Shown here piece by piece: positions 1 through 10,781 of a stretch of DNA of 64,000 nucleotides (positions within the stretch are counted from its first letter, which is position 1; every line of letters begins with the position of its first letter). Location of the stretch: NCBI GenBank assembly GCA_973895155.1, contig OZ316898.1, forward strand, positions 12,365,659 to 12,429,658. The letters are read 5' to 3'. A program made the position numbers and the translations under genes. The notes beneath the pieces were generated by a model that saw only the letters and a program-made list of their open reading frames with translations, was not told the origin of the DNA and ran no database searches. Origin of the DNA: Marsupella aquatica (Eukaryota; Plantae; Marchantiophyta).

Positions 1-702
1 GTTCTCCACGTGCTATTGTTGTGCTGCTCCCTATATGCTTTTTCCTTCCTTTCTTCGTGTTGACTCAAATCCAAATCATGAAAAAATGTCGTTTTTTGCA
101 ACTTTCCAAAAAACTTGAAACTTGTCACCGCCACTTAGCCCACCAACCTAGCAAGCCAACGCTGAAATCCGAAATTGAAACCGAGTTCCGACGAAAAACT
201 TTTTCACATTTTGGTCGGGGTGTATAAAACTCAAAAATTCTCCCCCGTTTTGACCACCTCGGGGAATAAGAAAATATCCAAGTACCACTCGTCGTCGGAA
301 ATGGAAATCGAGTGGTGCACCGCGTTGCTAGCTTCAATGGCTACGTTCTCGCCAAAAAAGATCCGAAAAAAGTTACCGTTCGGACCTTGGAATCTTTGAC
401 TAAAGGCCGAAAAACAGCTCTCTGTTTTTTTGGAATATTCCTTGGACTGTGCAACAGGTCTCACAGGGGGCCGTTCCCCTGTCCAAGCGGTTAATTTGGT
501 GGGTCACCGGGCCCGGGATGCCGCTTAACCAATGAGGAGCCTGGAAAGGATTAAAAAACCGGGCCTAAGGGGGTTTAAGCCCCTTAACACAAAAATACTG
601 TCTTAAAAAAGGTGCGTCCGCGTCGCCTATACGTGTGACGGGCTAGGCAATGCACAGGGGGCCGTGGAGTAAAAAACCGAGTCAAAATGGGCAGGGATGG
701 AG

Positions 703-917
703 CTGCGACGGCCGGGACGTCCGGGACGGCTGCGATGTCCGCGCCGGCCGTGACGTCTGGGACAGCCAGGATGTCTGGGACGTCTGTGCCGGCTGCGACG
801 TCCGGGACGGTCGCAACGTTCGCGCCGGCCGTGACGTCTGGGACGTCTGCGCCGGCTGCGACGTCCGGGACGGCCGCGACATCTGGGACGGCCGGGACGT
901 CCGGGACATCCGCGATG
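703..917. repeat. GC/CpG-rich degenerate 9-bp tandem array (GCGACGTCC / GGGACGGCC / GGGACGTCT variants)
   Basis: About 24 in-phase 9-mers with many GACGTC palindromes; the array explains the overlapping low-complexity ORFs 584-1096. Confidence 0.85.
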
Positions 918-1099
918 GGAGTATTAGCGAGGAGGAGGAGGGGGTCGCCAACGGGGTATTGACAGGGGTGCAAGGGTCGAGAGGGTGTGTATACACACCA
1001 CCAAAAAGGCCCTATTCTAAGGCAAAATGTGCACAAAAAATAAATTTGTTGGGTTATTCACACTGCCGTTATCACTTTACACCAGATAAAGACTAGTTG

Positions 1100-2104
1100 T
1101 CGACGGGAAATGTTACCGAATTGCACCAGCACCGTTTGCAACTCTAGCAGAGTAAAAAATTCCCGTCACGACTCCTTCACTCCGCGTCAAGTGTCAATCT
1201 TGGACTCAAAACGACCACTGCTCCGCGATCTCTCCGTTGAGCCGTTGCACTTCCCGTTTCTTCCTTTGAGTCGAACGCAACGACAAGAAACCCCGCTTCA
1301 GTCAAAAGAAGACTCCATAGCCAGTCAGAAACTCAGAACGGCTCTTTTGCTTGGTACATCGCACTCACTACACCCTCGATAGCAAACCAGCTACCGAAAT
1401 GATCAGCTTTGCCCGATCTACGATTTGAGCTAAAGATTGTGACGCCTCGCGCACCACAAAGCTCACACCGTCGGGAAAACGATCTCAGTTCCCCCCAAAA
1501 GAACTGTCGAAGAAAACCGTCAAACATGAATCACAAAAAATCCAGAACGATGGAAACATGAATTCCTCCGCACCACAAACTCTGTTCAGAGATTTCTTTG
1601 CACCGTCGGAAAGCCCTTGCCCCGATCTATCCGTTGAGCCCAACACCTCCAAGTTCCATGCGATAGATCTCCGTGAAATCCACCAACTCTAACCGCTGGA
1701 AAAACCGTCACCAACACGTCACGAAAATTTGATCACCTCAACATCACCTCCCAGGCTTGCTCTGATACCAATTGTTGAACTAAGACGTCATTCGCAACGA
1801 CCATACAACCATGACTCATTCCATGCACATGTAGTCGACACAATCTCTACGTGGTTCACCTCTTCTCCAAGGCTACGTCCACACGAACACTCAAGCTTTA
1901 CTTCAAGAGTAGACGAACACACATCCTCTCCCTCTTCCTCACGTTGCTCTATTACAATCAGTAAGCACCACACACCAGCGGCTTACACTAGCCCTGGTAT
2001 ATACAAGGTCACACACGACTAATCTAACCTCAGCTAAGATCCTAACTGTGGTTAGCCTAAGTGCCGTAACCTATGAGTCACAAGACTAAGAGCAATCCTT
2101 AACA
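1100..2104 (-). mobile_element. LTR retrotransposon 5' fragment: LTR, tRNA-iMet PBS and leader
   Basis: LTR TGTTG...TAACA at 1773-2104. GCTCTGATACCA at 1759-1770 reads TGGTATCAGAGC (PBS) on the minus strand. The leader 1500-1750 is homologous to the reverse complement of 55590-55800. Left boundary approximate. Confidence 0.8.
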
Positions 2105-2544
2105 ATAGTGAGCCCCAGAGCTGTCAATCTCTCACCATTGGTACTAGTGTGGCTCGCCCCCTTAAAGGATACCCCTATCACACTCTCTTGCAGATTTAGT
2201 TATCACATTAGATGTGGATTATTATTTCTTGACACTGTTGCATTAGATGTGTACCATGGGTTCACCACGCTAATGGAATGGTAGCCCTTTTCCCTTCTTT
2301 CTTTCTTTCTTCCTCCTCCTGGGTTTGGGGGCTCCATTTGCCTTTCTCTATTGTTTGATGTTTGTCATCTTTGAACCTCTTTCCTGTTTTCCTTTCCTTT
2401 CATTGGTACTAAACGTACTTTTTATGGTCGTTTTGGTAAAACTTGACCTTCGTCCTTTTTTCCCCCCTTTTTCCACTGTACTTTTTTCCGCCCTTTCCTG
2501 CAAAAGGCTTTTTGTTTTTTTGTTTTGTTTTTCACCTTTTTTTG

Positions 2545-5500
2545 TTTTTTTTAAACTATTAAAAATACACACTTTTTATATACAAAGGGACCAAACAGAG
2601 TACAAATGAACAAACAAAAGAGGGCCCATGTGGACAAAACCAATCGAAAAAGAAGTGAGCAAAAGGGAACCACTTAACACCAAGAAAGAGGAACTAAAAG
2701 TAAGAAATGAACAATAGGGAACCCCTAAAAACCAAGAAAGAGAGAGAGACTAAAACTAACCCAAGCGGACCGAGGTCCTCATAATTCCTACCGATTGTGG
2801 CAAAAAGCTAATGGTCCACATCAAGAGTCAAAACTAGATCGGCAAGTGGGATTGGAACATCCTCAAGGGGAGCTAGCCGCTGCGGAGGCACACTAGCACC
2901 CACTGTAAGAGATCGACGATAGATGGCCCGAGCTTGAGCACGCTGTAAGGTGACTGAAATGCATTGGCAAAAGTGCGTGGTCAAAATAGAAAGCGGGGGT
3001 CCTGTGGGACCCATTCGGCCATGAACATCCCGGGCAGCTTGCCAAAGAAGCCCATCAAACTGAGGAGGAAGACGCCCAAATAGCTCCACAGCAAGGGGGA
3101 GGAAGCTGTCGGATGAAGCTCGTGCAGCATATTTGGCCTCCTTCATTGTTGCCGCACGTGATGCTGCTGCCCCTACCGTAGTTGCCGCTGTCCCAATGAT
3201 GTCTTGGCGCAATGGGTTTGCCACCACAACATCTGCCAAAGTACGTTGACCCTCACGGACCATGGTAAGATCCACCCGTAACCGCTGTGATGGAGGACCA
3301 GGTAACTCGAGTACCACCTCCCGCCGCACGCATACCAAAGAGCCAGAGAGAACCTGAGCAGTCGCATCTCGCACAGCGTCGTGAACAATAATGGTTTCAC
3401 CTCCCAAACTGCACTGAAGAAGATGGACGCCTATGGCATCACAAGGCTTCCCACAAGTGCAAGAAGGAGGTAAACCTGCAAGAAGTGGGTGGGGCAGCCC
3501 CAGACGAAGACGCATGGCTGTGGAGAACTCCGTTGAAGACATCCGCAAATGAGGAATGACTGGATTGGCCTTAAGCCATCCACCTGCGCCCTTCCCTCCG
3601 GAAGAAAGAATCCAAGCTCGGTCCGTGTCAGGTGCCTCGGAGAGGATGCTAGAAAGGGTGAAAGTGTGCATACGCCCAGCGAGGTCTGCCTGAAGACGAA
3701 CGGGATCCAAGGATAAAAACTCCTGGAAAGAAGGTAACGCGGCGCGAACAGGATCTGGTAATGAGGACCGCGCTGCCCGCAAATGAACCTGAAATGGGAG
3801 GGAACCCTCCTCTACCTCCATGAGAGATGAAAGTAAAAAAGGGCGATCCTCAATAAGAAAACGATCGGCCAACAACGAGAAGGCGGCCGCCCATGCACCC
3901 AAAAAGGCCAAAGGTGCAAGGCTCTCAATGGAAGTAAGCCCAAAACCACCCTGCGAAATAGGAAGACTGAGTTGTCGATGAAGCCAAGGAGATGAGAGCA
4001 ACGTACCCGGACCTAAAAGAGAGGCCAGGGTCTGACGAATGGAGACATCAAATGCTCGAAGGTGGAGACAAAGATCCTCGGTAGGGGGATGCGTCCTAGC
4101 CAGATAAGACGCACGAGGGTGGATGCACCTCAACAACATCCCAAATGCTGCCTGAGAATCTGCTAACTTAGGGAGCATAGGAGTATGGGCTAAGGCAGCC
4201 TGTATAGAGTCAGCGATGAAAGATGAGCAAAAGGAGGCGGTACCGACTGGGGAGCCAAGGACCCGAAGACCATCGGCTGGACGTAAGAACCCTGGGGGAA
4301 GCACAAGATCAGAGGGTAACCCAGCTGGACTCCATGCACGACTCTTCACAGGCTGAACTCGTAAACCGAGGCCCATCAAATGGGTGGAAAGAGTGGCGAG
4401 GGCAGAAGTAACCACGGCAGGAGGACCAATGATGTGGGTGTCATCTGAAAGGGAGGGGAAGATACACTGGGGGTGGGCCATGGCAACTTCCCGTAAAGCT
4501 GTAAAATGGGCAATGGCAAAAAGAGGCCCACCCAAAGGGTCACCCTGACGTGTACCTTCTGCAGAGGAAAGAGTGGTATACACACCGGTAGAGGAGTGAT
4601 GACTATAGAAGAGTGGGGCCTCGAGTCCATAAAAACAACGAACAAAGGGGATCAGGGACTGGATGTCTGGATCCGCCGCCCTCAAAGCACAAAAAATGGC
4701 TGCCCGAGAAACCGTATTAAAAGCGTTAGAGACATCAACCTGGAGGACAACCCAATCAGGGTGGAGGTCCAATGTAGCGCGAATACCCGCAATAACCGTC
4801 TCACAACCGCCAGGAACGCCAACTGCAAACTGATGTGGAGAGAGATGATCCGATAGTGCAGAGCGAAACTGTGAGGAAAGTGTGCGAGACACAAGACAAA
4901 GAAAAACCTCCCCAATAGCAATTGGCCGAACACCCGGTGAAGACTTAGCCATGGCCAATAAATGAGAAGCACTCAAGAGCCGAGAGACGGGAGGAGGCAA
5001 ACGACCGGCTGCAATACACTGGCAAAAGGAGAAGAAAACTGGAAAACCAAACTGAGGATCCTCAGGGGGGAATAAATCATGAAAATGCTCAAAGACATAG
5101 CCGGAGGGGCCACCAGCAGAACAACGCGGGGCATGGAGGAAGGCATAGGTGAAGTGGTCCCTACTAAACTGAAGATCCTCCTCAGGCTCAAAATCCTCGA
5201 CAAACAAAGGGAGCTGATCATGGGGCTGCGGATGGAGATCCTGAAGGGCCAACGAGGTGACCTCGCCAGGGGGGGCTGGTGTGGTGGGAGAAAGGGCCTG
5301 GACAGCCCGACGATATTCACCAGCCTGGGCTAAACAACAAGAGCGACGAAGACGTCTATGCTCAGGGGGATGAGAGTGGCGAGCTGGGTCAGACAAAGCA
5401 CGGGCGGTAAAAGACCGGGCGCGAAGAAAGTACTCTTCCTGAAGCTGCTCCCAATCTCCCCGCAAAAAACGATGGATACGAGAGGCAGTCTCACGGTGAC

Positions 5501-5710
5501 CCACACGACCACCATGACTAGGGAGGGTAAGAGTCCACTGTGGAAAAAGCATCAGTAAAGATCAGTAGGAGACCTCCATAGGATGCGCCAAGATAAGCTG
5601 CATGAGTTGTAACAAGGAGGACCGAACTATAGAGCGCAGCGCCAGAGAAATGTGGTTATAAAGGCGAAGTCTAATGTACCCTGGATGGTAGGCTGGAAGG
5701 GGGGGGGGGG
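2545..5710 (-). mobile_element. 5'-truncated RLE-type non-LTR retrotransposon (CRE-like clade)
   Basis: RT ORF followed by a CCHC finger and a restriction-like endonuclease, then a T-rich 3' UTR. The 5' end lies at a poly-C run (G run 5699-5710 on +). Boundaries approximate. Confidence 0.85.
2808..5552 (-). CDS. Reverse transcriptase + CCHC zinc knuckle + RLE (PD-D/ExK) endonuclease of a CRE-like LINE, 914 aa; probably N-terminally truncated
   Basis: Motifs RPIAIGE, VDVSNAFNTVSR, GTRQGDPLGGP, LSDD (YxDD position), GGFGL, CTCG...HLLQC, HDAVRD, RVDL...ADVVV...KEAKY...FLPLAVELFG. The frame continues upstream of the ATG through a TGA near 5562. Confidence 0.9.
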   Translation of the reverse strand: MLFPQWTLTLPSHGGRVGHRETASRIHRFLRGDWEQLQEEYFLRARSFTARALSDPARHSHPPEHRRLRRSCCLAQAGEYRRAVQALSPTTPAPPGEVTSLALQDLHPQPHDQLPLFVEDFEPEEDLQFSRDHFTYAFLHAPRCSAGGPSGYVFEHFHDLFPPEDPQFGFPVFFSFCQCIAAGRLPPPVSRLLSASHLLAMAKSSPGVRPIAIGEVFLCLVSRTLSSQFRSALSDHLSPHQFAVGVPGGCETVIAGIRATLDLHPDWVVLQVDVSNAFNTVSRAAIFCALRAADPDIQSLIPFVRCFYGLEAPLFYSHHSSTGVYTTLSSAEGTRQGDPLGGPLFAIAHFTALREVAMAHPQCIFPSLSDDTHIIGPPAVVTSALATLSTHLMGLGLRVQPVKSRAWSPAGLPSDLVLPPGFLRPADGLRVLGSPVGTASFCSSFIADSIQAALAHTPMLPKLADSQAAFGMLLRCIHPRASYLARTHPPTEDLCLHLRAFDVSIRQTLASLLGPGTLLSSPWLHRQLSLPISQGGFGLTSIESLAPLAFLGAWAAAFSLLADRFLIEDRPFLLSSLMEVEEGSLPFQVHLRAARSSLPDPVRAALPSFQEFLSLDPVRLQADLAGRMHTFTLSSILSEAPDTDRAWILSSGGKGAGGWLKANPVIPHLRMSSTEFSTAMRLRLGLPHPLLAGLPPSCTCGKPCDAIGVHLLQCSLGGETIIVHDAVRDATAQVLSGSLVCVRREVVLELPGPPSQRLRVDLTMVREGQRTLADVVVANPLRQDIIGTAATTVGAAASRAATMKEAKYAARASSDSFLPLAVELFGRLPPQFDGLLWQAARDVHGRMGPTGPPLSILTTHFCQCISVTLQRAQARAIYRRSLTVGASVPPQRLAPLEDVPIPLADLVLTLDVDH

Positions 5711-7619
5711 TCTTTATTGTGTTTGGAAACACTAGGGACTTTTTGTGTTTTAAGCTCTCTATTATTCCCGAGTTTTTCCTTTGTTTTTCACCCCTTCATA
5801 GTGTCTCTTGCCATCGGGGTCTTCTCTACATGATTGTGTCCTGGTACGGTGCTTTTCGTTATTGTTTTTATATATTTCACTACATGAGAATGATGTCATT
5901 ATGTTTTCATGAGAATGATGTAACCATGTTTCATTAAAGTGATTCATTAATAGTAAAATGATGTGGAAGGGCTTGTTGTCATCAGAATGATGTCACTCAT
6001 GGGACATATTAGAGGCCTGTACCATAATAATCAGTCCAATCTGTGGGACGAGATTGGACCGCACGTGACCACCCACACCCCAGTCTATCGGGCGCATTGC
6101 TCTTATCGTAGCGGTATATTTCGATGCCGCCACGGTGCAGTCAGTTTGGTGACTATTCTAATATGGACCGTCGATACCGTTAGATCGACGGATCTAACTG
6201 TGTCATACTGGTGATCCTTTCTTACGAGCGGCTCCGCGGGCCGACGGCGATATTAATGGACGATCGCGCCCGTCCGTCGAATCAGATTATCGGACCCATT
6301 ATTGGACCATCGGACCCGTCGGACGTCTCGTTTGACCAGTTGGGAGTCGATGATTTGGACCACTGGATTCCAAAAAGACAGGTCAATTTATATATATTTG
6401 ATTATTGTTTTGTCGACCCCAATAGTGCATACATTGAAGGGAACCCATTTTAGGGTGAGCCCCCAAGGACTTGCATGAGGAGGGAGAGAAAATTAAATCA
6501 TGGTCACTAAGTGGGCAACCAGGGCCTTGGAAATAATCAGAACTCACATCCACTACACGCTGAACCCACTACACCCCACACACATACCTTTCAAAACCCA
6601 TGTGTGGGTGAATTTGTATTTGAACCAGGGAACTTTACTAGAAATGAAAAATTGAAGCTAATATTCTCCATGTTAGTTAAAATGTTGGGAGTAATTTGCA
6701 ACCAGGATGGAGTGCAATAAAACTCTCTTTTCATTTCACAGAGTAAGTATTGTGGCCATGAGTGAAATGTGGCAAGAAAACTAAAAATCACCCTCTAAAT
6801 CTGTAGGTCTCTCAATTTGGAATAACATTAGATTTCATTAGATTCATTAGAAAGATCTTTCTAAACTGCTCATGACAAATCCAAAAAATTCAGATTCCAT
6901 TCGATATAGAGGAAATATAAAATGTGACAAAGTGACTTGCTTCAAATACTTCCTGAAGCCCGAAGTGTGGGTAGTGAGAATCTTTCTAAAGCACAAAAGG
7001 TGGAAAGCTAATGATGAAGTAATCTTCAGAAATTTACAGTCTCTCTCATTGATGGAAACAAGAGATAGGAGACTAGTTGGAAACACCTTTCCAAATGATT
7101 CAAGGACAAGCCCAAGAGGAACCTATTTCGTTGGACATCAAGGAAGATATAGAAGGTCTAACTTTGCTGTTCAAAGTGTCTAGGAAACCAGACTATGTCC
7201 ATGAATGGTGTAAAAGAAGGTCTGTTAGGAAAATGTGACAAGGAAAATGTGACAGTATAAGGTGTACTAACATTCACAAACTAAAACAAAACAACTGGGT
7301 TCATATTTGCATGGAGTGACATAATACACCTTATTTTATCCACAGCTTGATGTGGCAAAAGGTGTAATGGTCCATGGGTTGCCTGGTTCCCGGGCTAGGT
7401 ACATAGGACGTATTAAAAAAAAAAAACTAGTTATTTTTGGAGCCCAAAGGTCACGCCGCAAAAGAGGGGAAACGAGACCGAAAATGCCGAGAAATCACTG
7501 ACTGCTATCATAACATCCGAATACTATTTTCACCCAACGTTGATTCAATCTAGTGTAGGCCGAGGAACAGTATGGAGACTACAGAATGACGATCCGATTC
7601 AGGTGATGAGATGATTGCG

Positions 7620-7785
7620 TCTAGTCAAGCCGAAATTCAGCAGCAGTAGCAGCAGCAGACGGAGTCAAGCCGAAATGTTATGTCTCAGCAACTTCTGCAG
7701 CAGCACACGAAGTCAAGCGAAGATGTTATGTCGCAGCAGCAGCACACGGAGTCAAGCCGGAATTTCGATGCAGCAGCAGCAGTAC
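7620..7785. repeat. Degenerate ~40-48 bp tandem repeat, 4 copies (AGTCAAGCCGAAA...CAGCAGCAG)
   Basis: AGTCAAGC core at 7623, 7663, 7711 and 7750, upstream of the F-box gene. Confidence 0.75.
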
Positions 7786-8142
7786 ATTCTATACAGCTGC
7801 AATGGAGCAATGACTCGGTTCTGGCAGTAGTCTAGAGCGATGAGAGCGCGTTCAAGGTTTTGGAAACCAGAGTCTCAGCTCGTTGTTGCCCAACTTGGAG
7901 GTTGAGGATGATGACAATATAAACATGATTTGGTGGTAGAATGATGTTGTTAAGTGAAGGAATTGTAAGGTTGGTGTATGCTTTTCCACGATCCAGGGAG
8001 TTAGAGCGGCGAAATTGGAATTGAGAAAGCTCGTTGAGCTTCAATTGGCAGACTGAGAAGTGGGTCTTGGCAAGTTGCACTCGCTTTGCATTGATTTTGG
8101 GTCGTCCGATTGAGAAATTAGCCGGAGTTCACGGCGAACTAA

Positions 8143-9603
8143 ATGCTGCAGGCGAGAGTGGCGGTCCCCATGGGCTCCTCCCCATGGAGCGAGCAAAGTG
8201 GTCAGCAATCTGAGCAGAGAGAGCTGAGGACGGTCGCATTGACCTTTCCTGCTGACCACTTTGATCGTGATCAGCAGAAGCAGACCATCATCGGAGCCCC
8301 CGGGACCAAGGCTTCATGTGAGAATTTGGACGAGCAGCTGTGGCAAACACTGCCCGAAGATGTACTGCCGAAGATCTTCGCAAGGCTTCCTTTTCGCTCC
8401 CTTTTCAAGATCCGCCTTCTTTCCAAAGCATGGGTGGCGTATATGGAGTCCCCTGCTTTTCAATTGGAAGCAACGTCCCAAGTCTTGTCCACTTGGGAAT
8501 CCTTTTCCCCGCTCTTCTGCGCCAGCTGTGAGCAGGATATGAGAATGGTCGCTTACTCCAGTACCTCTCGGCGATTGGAGAGGTTGTTCTCGTTGTCCTA
8601 TCTTTTCGAGGAAGGTCGATCCTCTTCCTTTCGCTGGCAACTGCGGAGCATCGCTGGAGCTCTACTGTGCCTGAAACAAGTTGGACAGCCAGGGGAACGA
8701 GGATTACTGGTGACCAATCCAGTGCTTAAATCGTGGAGAATACTCCCGCCACACGGATGGATGACCCCGTTTCTACCGGCCTACGAGATCATTCATCTAA
8801 TTAATTCGGAAGCGGAGGAGGATGCATCAGCTTACAAGGTCATCTCTATTTCTCAAGACAGTGGCATTCGAGACCCACACAAGAAAATTCCTTCACAGGT
8901 ACTTCCTCAAGATTTACTGTTCCCGCTGGCTCATCTACGTGCAGAGATCTATGACTCCGCCACAGGAGCTTGGACAGTGGACGAGAGTGGCCCAGTCATG
9001 CCTATGGACCTGCACAACGTGAGCAGCGTCTACGTAGATGGAGTCGTGTACTTTTCGCTGGCGAGCAGCAGATATGAGTCGTTCCACTTGTTGGCTTACA
9101 ATGTGATGAGCGGACGTTGGACCGCAATTCCTTGTCCTCCTGAGTCCTCCTCCAGCCTGGTGCAGTTGACGAGGTGCGGCTGCAGTGTGATGCTGGTACT
9201 CTCTGCTCCTGCTGCTCCTGATCGCAAATCCAAATTCGGCCCGTCAACTGATGACTTGAAGGTTTCTGAGGGCAGCATCAAAGTCTACGAGATTGGTCCA
9301 GACCTTCAGATCACTCTGGTATCTGGAGGCCCCACTGAAAGCATCCAGGGAGTGAAGATAGTGGAAGGTGTCTCCGGAGATGAAGACTCCATTTACTTCC
9401 AAGCTTTCGGACGGCCCCTTGTAGTCGTGTTCAATGTGAAACAGAAACTGTGGAGAACTATGGCTGTCCGGCTGGATTCCAGCAATGTCACGGATGATGA
9501 TTCGGGGAAACTTCTGAAAATGTCTTCTCGTTATATTGGGCACTGTTTCAATTGGACGAATTCTACCTTCCAGCCTGGTTCGAGTTCCTTCGGGGCCCCT
9601 TAG
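8143..9603 (+). CDS. Intronless F-box protein with a C-terminal kelch/FBA-like beta-propeller, 486 aa
   Basis: F-box motif LWQTLPEDVLPKIFARLPFRSLFKIRLLSKAW. Typical associated motifs GALLCL, LLVTNPVLKSWRILPP, AEIYDSATGAW, VYVDGVVYF, LAYNVMSGRW. Confidence 0.92.
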   Translation: MLQARVAVPMGSSPWSEQSGQQSEQRELRTVALTFPADHFDRDQQKQTIIGAPGTKASCENLDEQLWQTLPEDVLPKIFARLPFRSLFKIRLLSKAWVAYMESPAFQLEATSQVLSTWESFSPLFCASCEQDMRMVAYSSTSRRLERLFSLSYLFEEGRSSSFRWQLRSIAGALLCLKQVGQPGERGLLVTNPVLKSWRILPPHGWMTPFLPAYEIIHLINSEAEEDASAYKVISISQDSGIRDPHKKIPSQVLPQDLLFPLAHLRAEIYDSATGAWTVDESGPVMPMDLHNVSSVYVDGVVYFSLASSRYESFHLLAYNVMSGRWTAIPCPPESSSSLVQLTRCGCSVMLVLSAPAAPDRKSKFGPSTDDLKVSEGSIKVYEIGPDLQITLVSGGPTESIQGVKIVEGVSGDEDSIYFQAFGRPLVVVFNVKQKLWRTMAVRLDSSNVTDDDSGKLLKMSSRYIGHCFNWTNSTFQPGSSSFGAP

Positions 9604-10781
9604 GAAATAGGATCTGAACGAGCTATCGAAACCAATCAACAAAATTACAAACGACAGATGTTCAATCTTGATCTAGAGGTAATTGCTTCATAATCAAGGC
9701 TGATCGAGTTAGAGACTGAGTAGACCGAGAAGGACTCCGTTTGGAACAGGTTTGCCAATTTATTTGGCTCGACAGTGTCAAGAGTAGATTCCATATTGAA
9801 AATGGAAGTAGAAGGTTAGACACCAAGTATATGTACAGATCATTGGGCCATTGGTGCAAGTTACTCATAGTTGAAAGGTTTAAGATACCATGAGAATGGT
9901 TTCCTAGACGTCGTTTAAGCAGTGTATCAATTGTCTGTAAAGCTAAATATCCTGGATTCAAATCCCGCCCTACCTAGTGAAATTTGAGTATTTCTCCGAA
10001 TGGTCAACTTAAACAGGATGTTCGGTGATTCACGAGTACACAAACGAAGCAGAGGGAGTGATTCCTATGCCGACATTGGCCAATAGCCTTCGCCTTTGCC
10101 TTGTCTAAGGAGCTGGGCGACAATGATTCTCTAATTGAAGTCATAAAGAACTAATTCGGGCAAAGGGATTACAGTGGCAAGGCCTGTTGCTGCTCGCAGC
10201 CCCTGCAATCTGATGACTTGCCACTCATTTAGAAAAGCATAATTGATTTCGACATGGCGAGCCAAGTTGGAAAGCAAGACGGGACTTCGCCCGCCGTTCG
10301 TCGTCCGACTTGACTCCGGATCTGGAGCTGGTGATAGAAGGTGCAGGGCCTTTTGGGAACCGCAGCTTATAGCAAATAGATGAAATTAATATACAAACAT
10401 CAATTGAACGATGTCCAAGTAATTCCGCGTTAAGCATGAGTTATAAATGGGGGCCATACTGGTCTTCGACTATTTACATCCTGTTCCGAGGAACAGGCTC
10501 CCACACAGACGTAGCCCTTCGAATGGGAAGGCCACGAGTCTTGTATATGAGATTTCTAACATACTTCATAGGCTCATGCACATTGAGAAGTATTCTGGCT
10601 ATCCTATACAATTTTTACCTTGCTCAAGGTAGAGCAACTAGTCTACTCATCCTGGTAGCACTAAATGTAGATCAGAAAGGCATCAGTACAATTCAGGTCA
10701 GCTACGGCCTATTCTAAATAATGATCTCAGATCCATGAGACAATCCAGGCTTGTGATGGAAGAAAGATTTGTTCTAGATTT

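Noticed and set aside
584-1096. Four overlapping ORFs (PDVAA, AATSGT, RDVRD and SRPSQ repeats)
   Set aside because: They are by-products of a stop-free 9-bp tandem repeat, with no independent coding evidence.
9890-9980. B-box-like GGATTCAAATCC downstream of the F-box gene
   Set aside because: No convincing A box, cloverleaf or TSD; at most a very decayed SINE.
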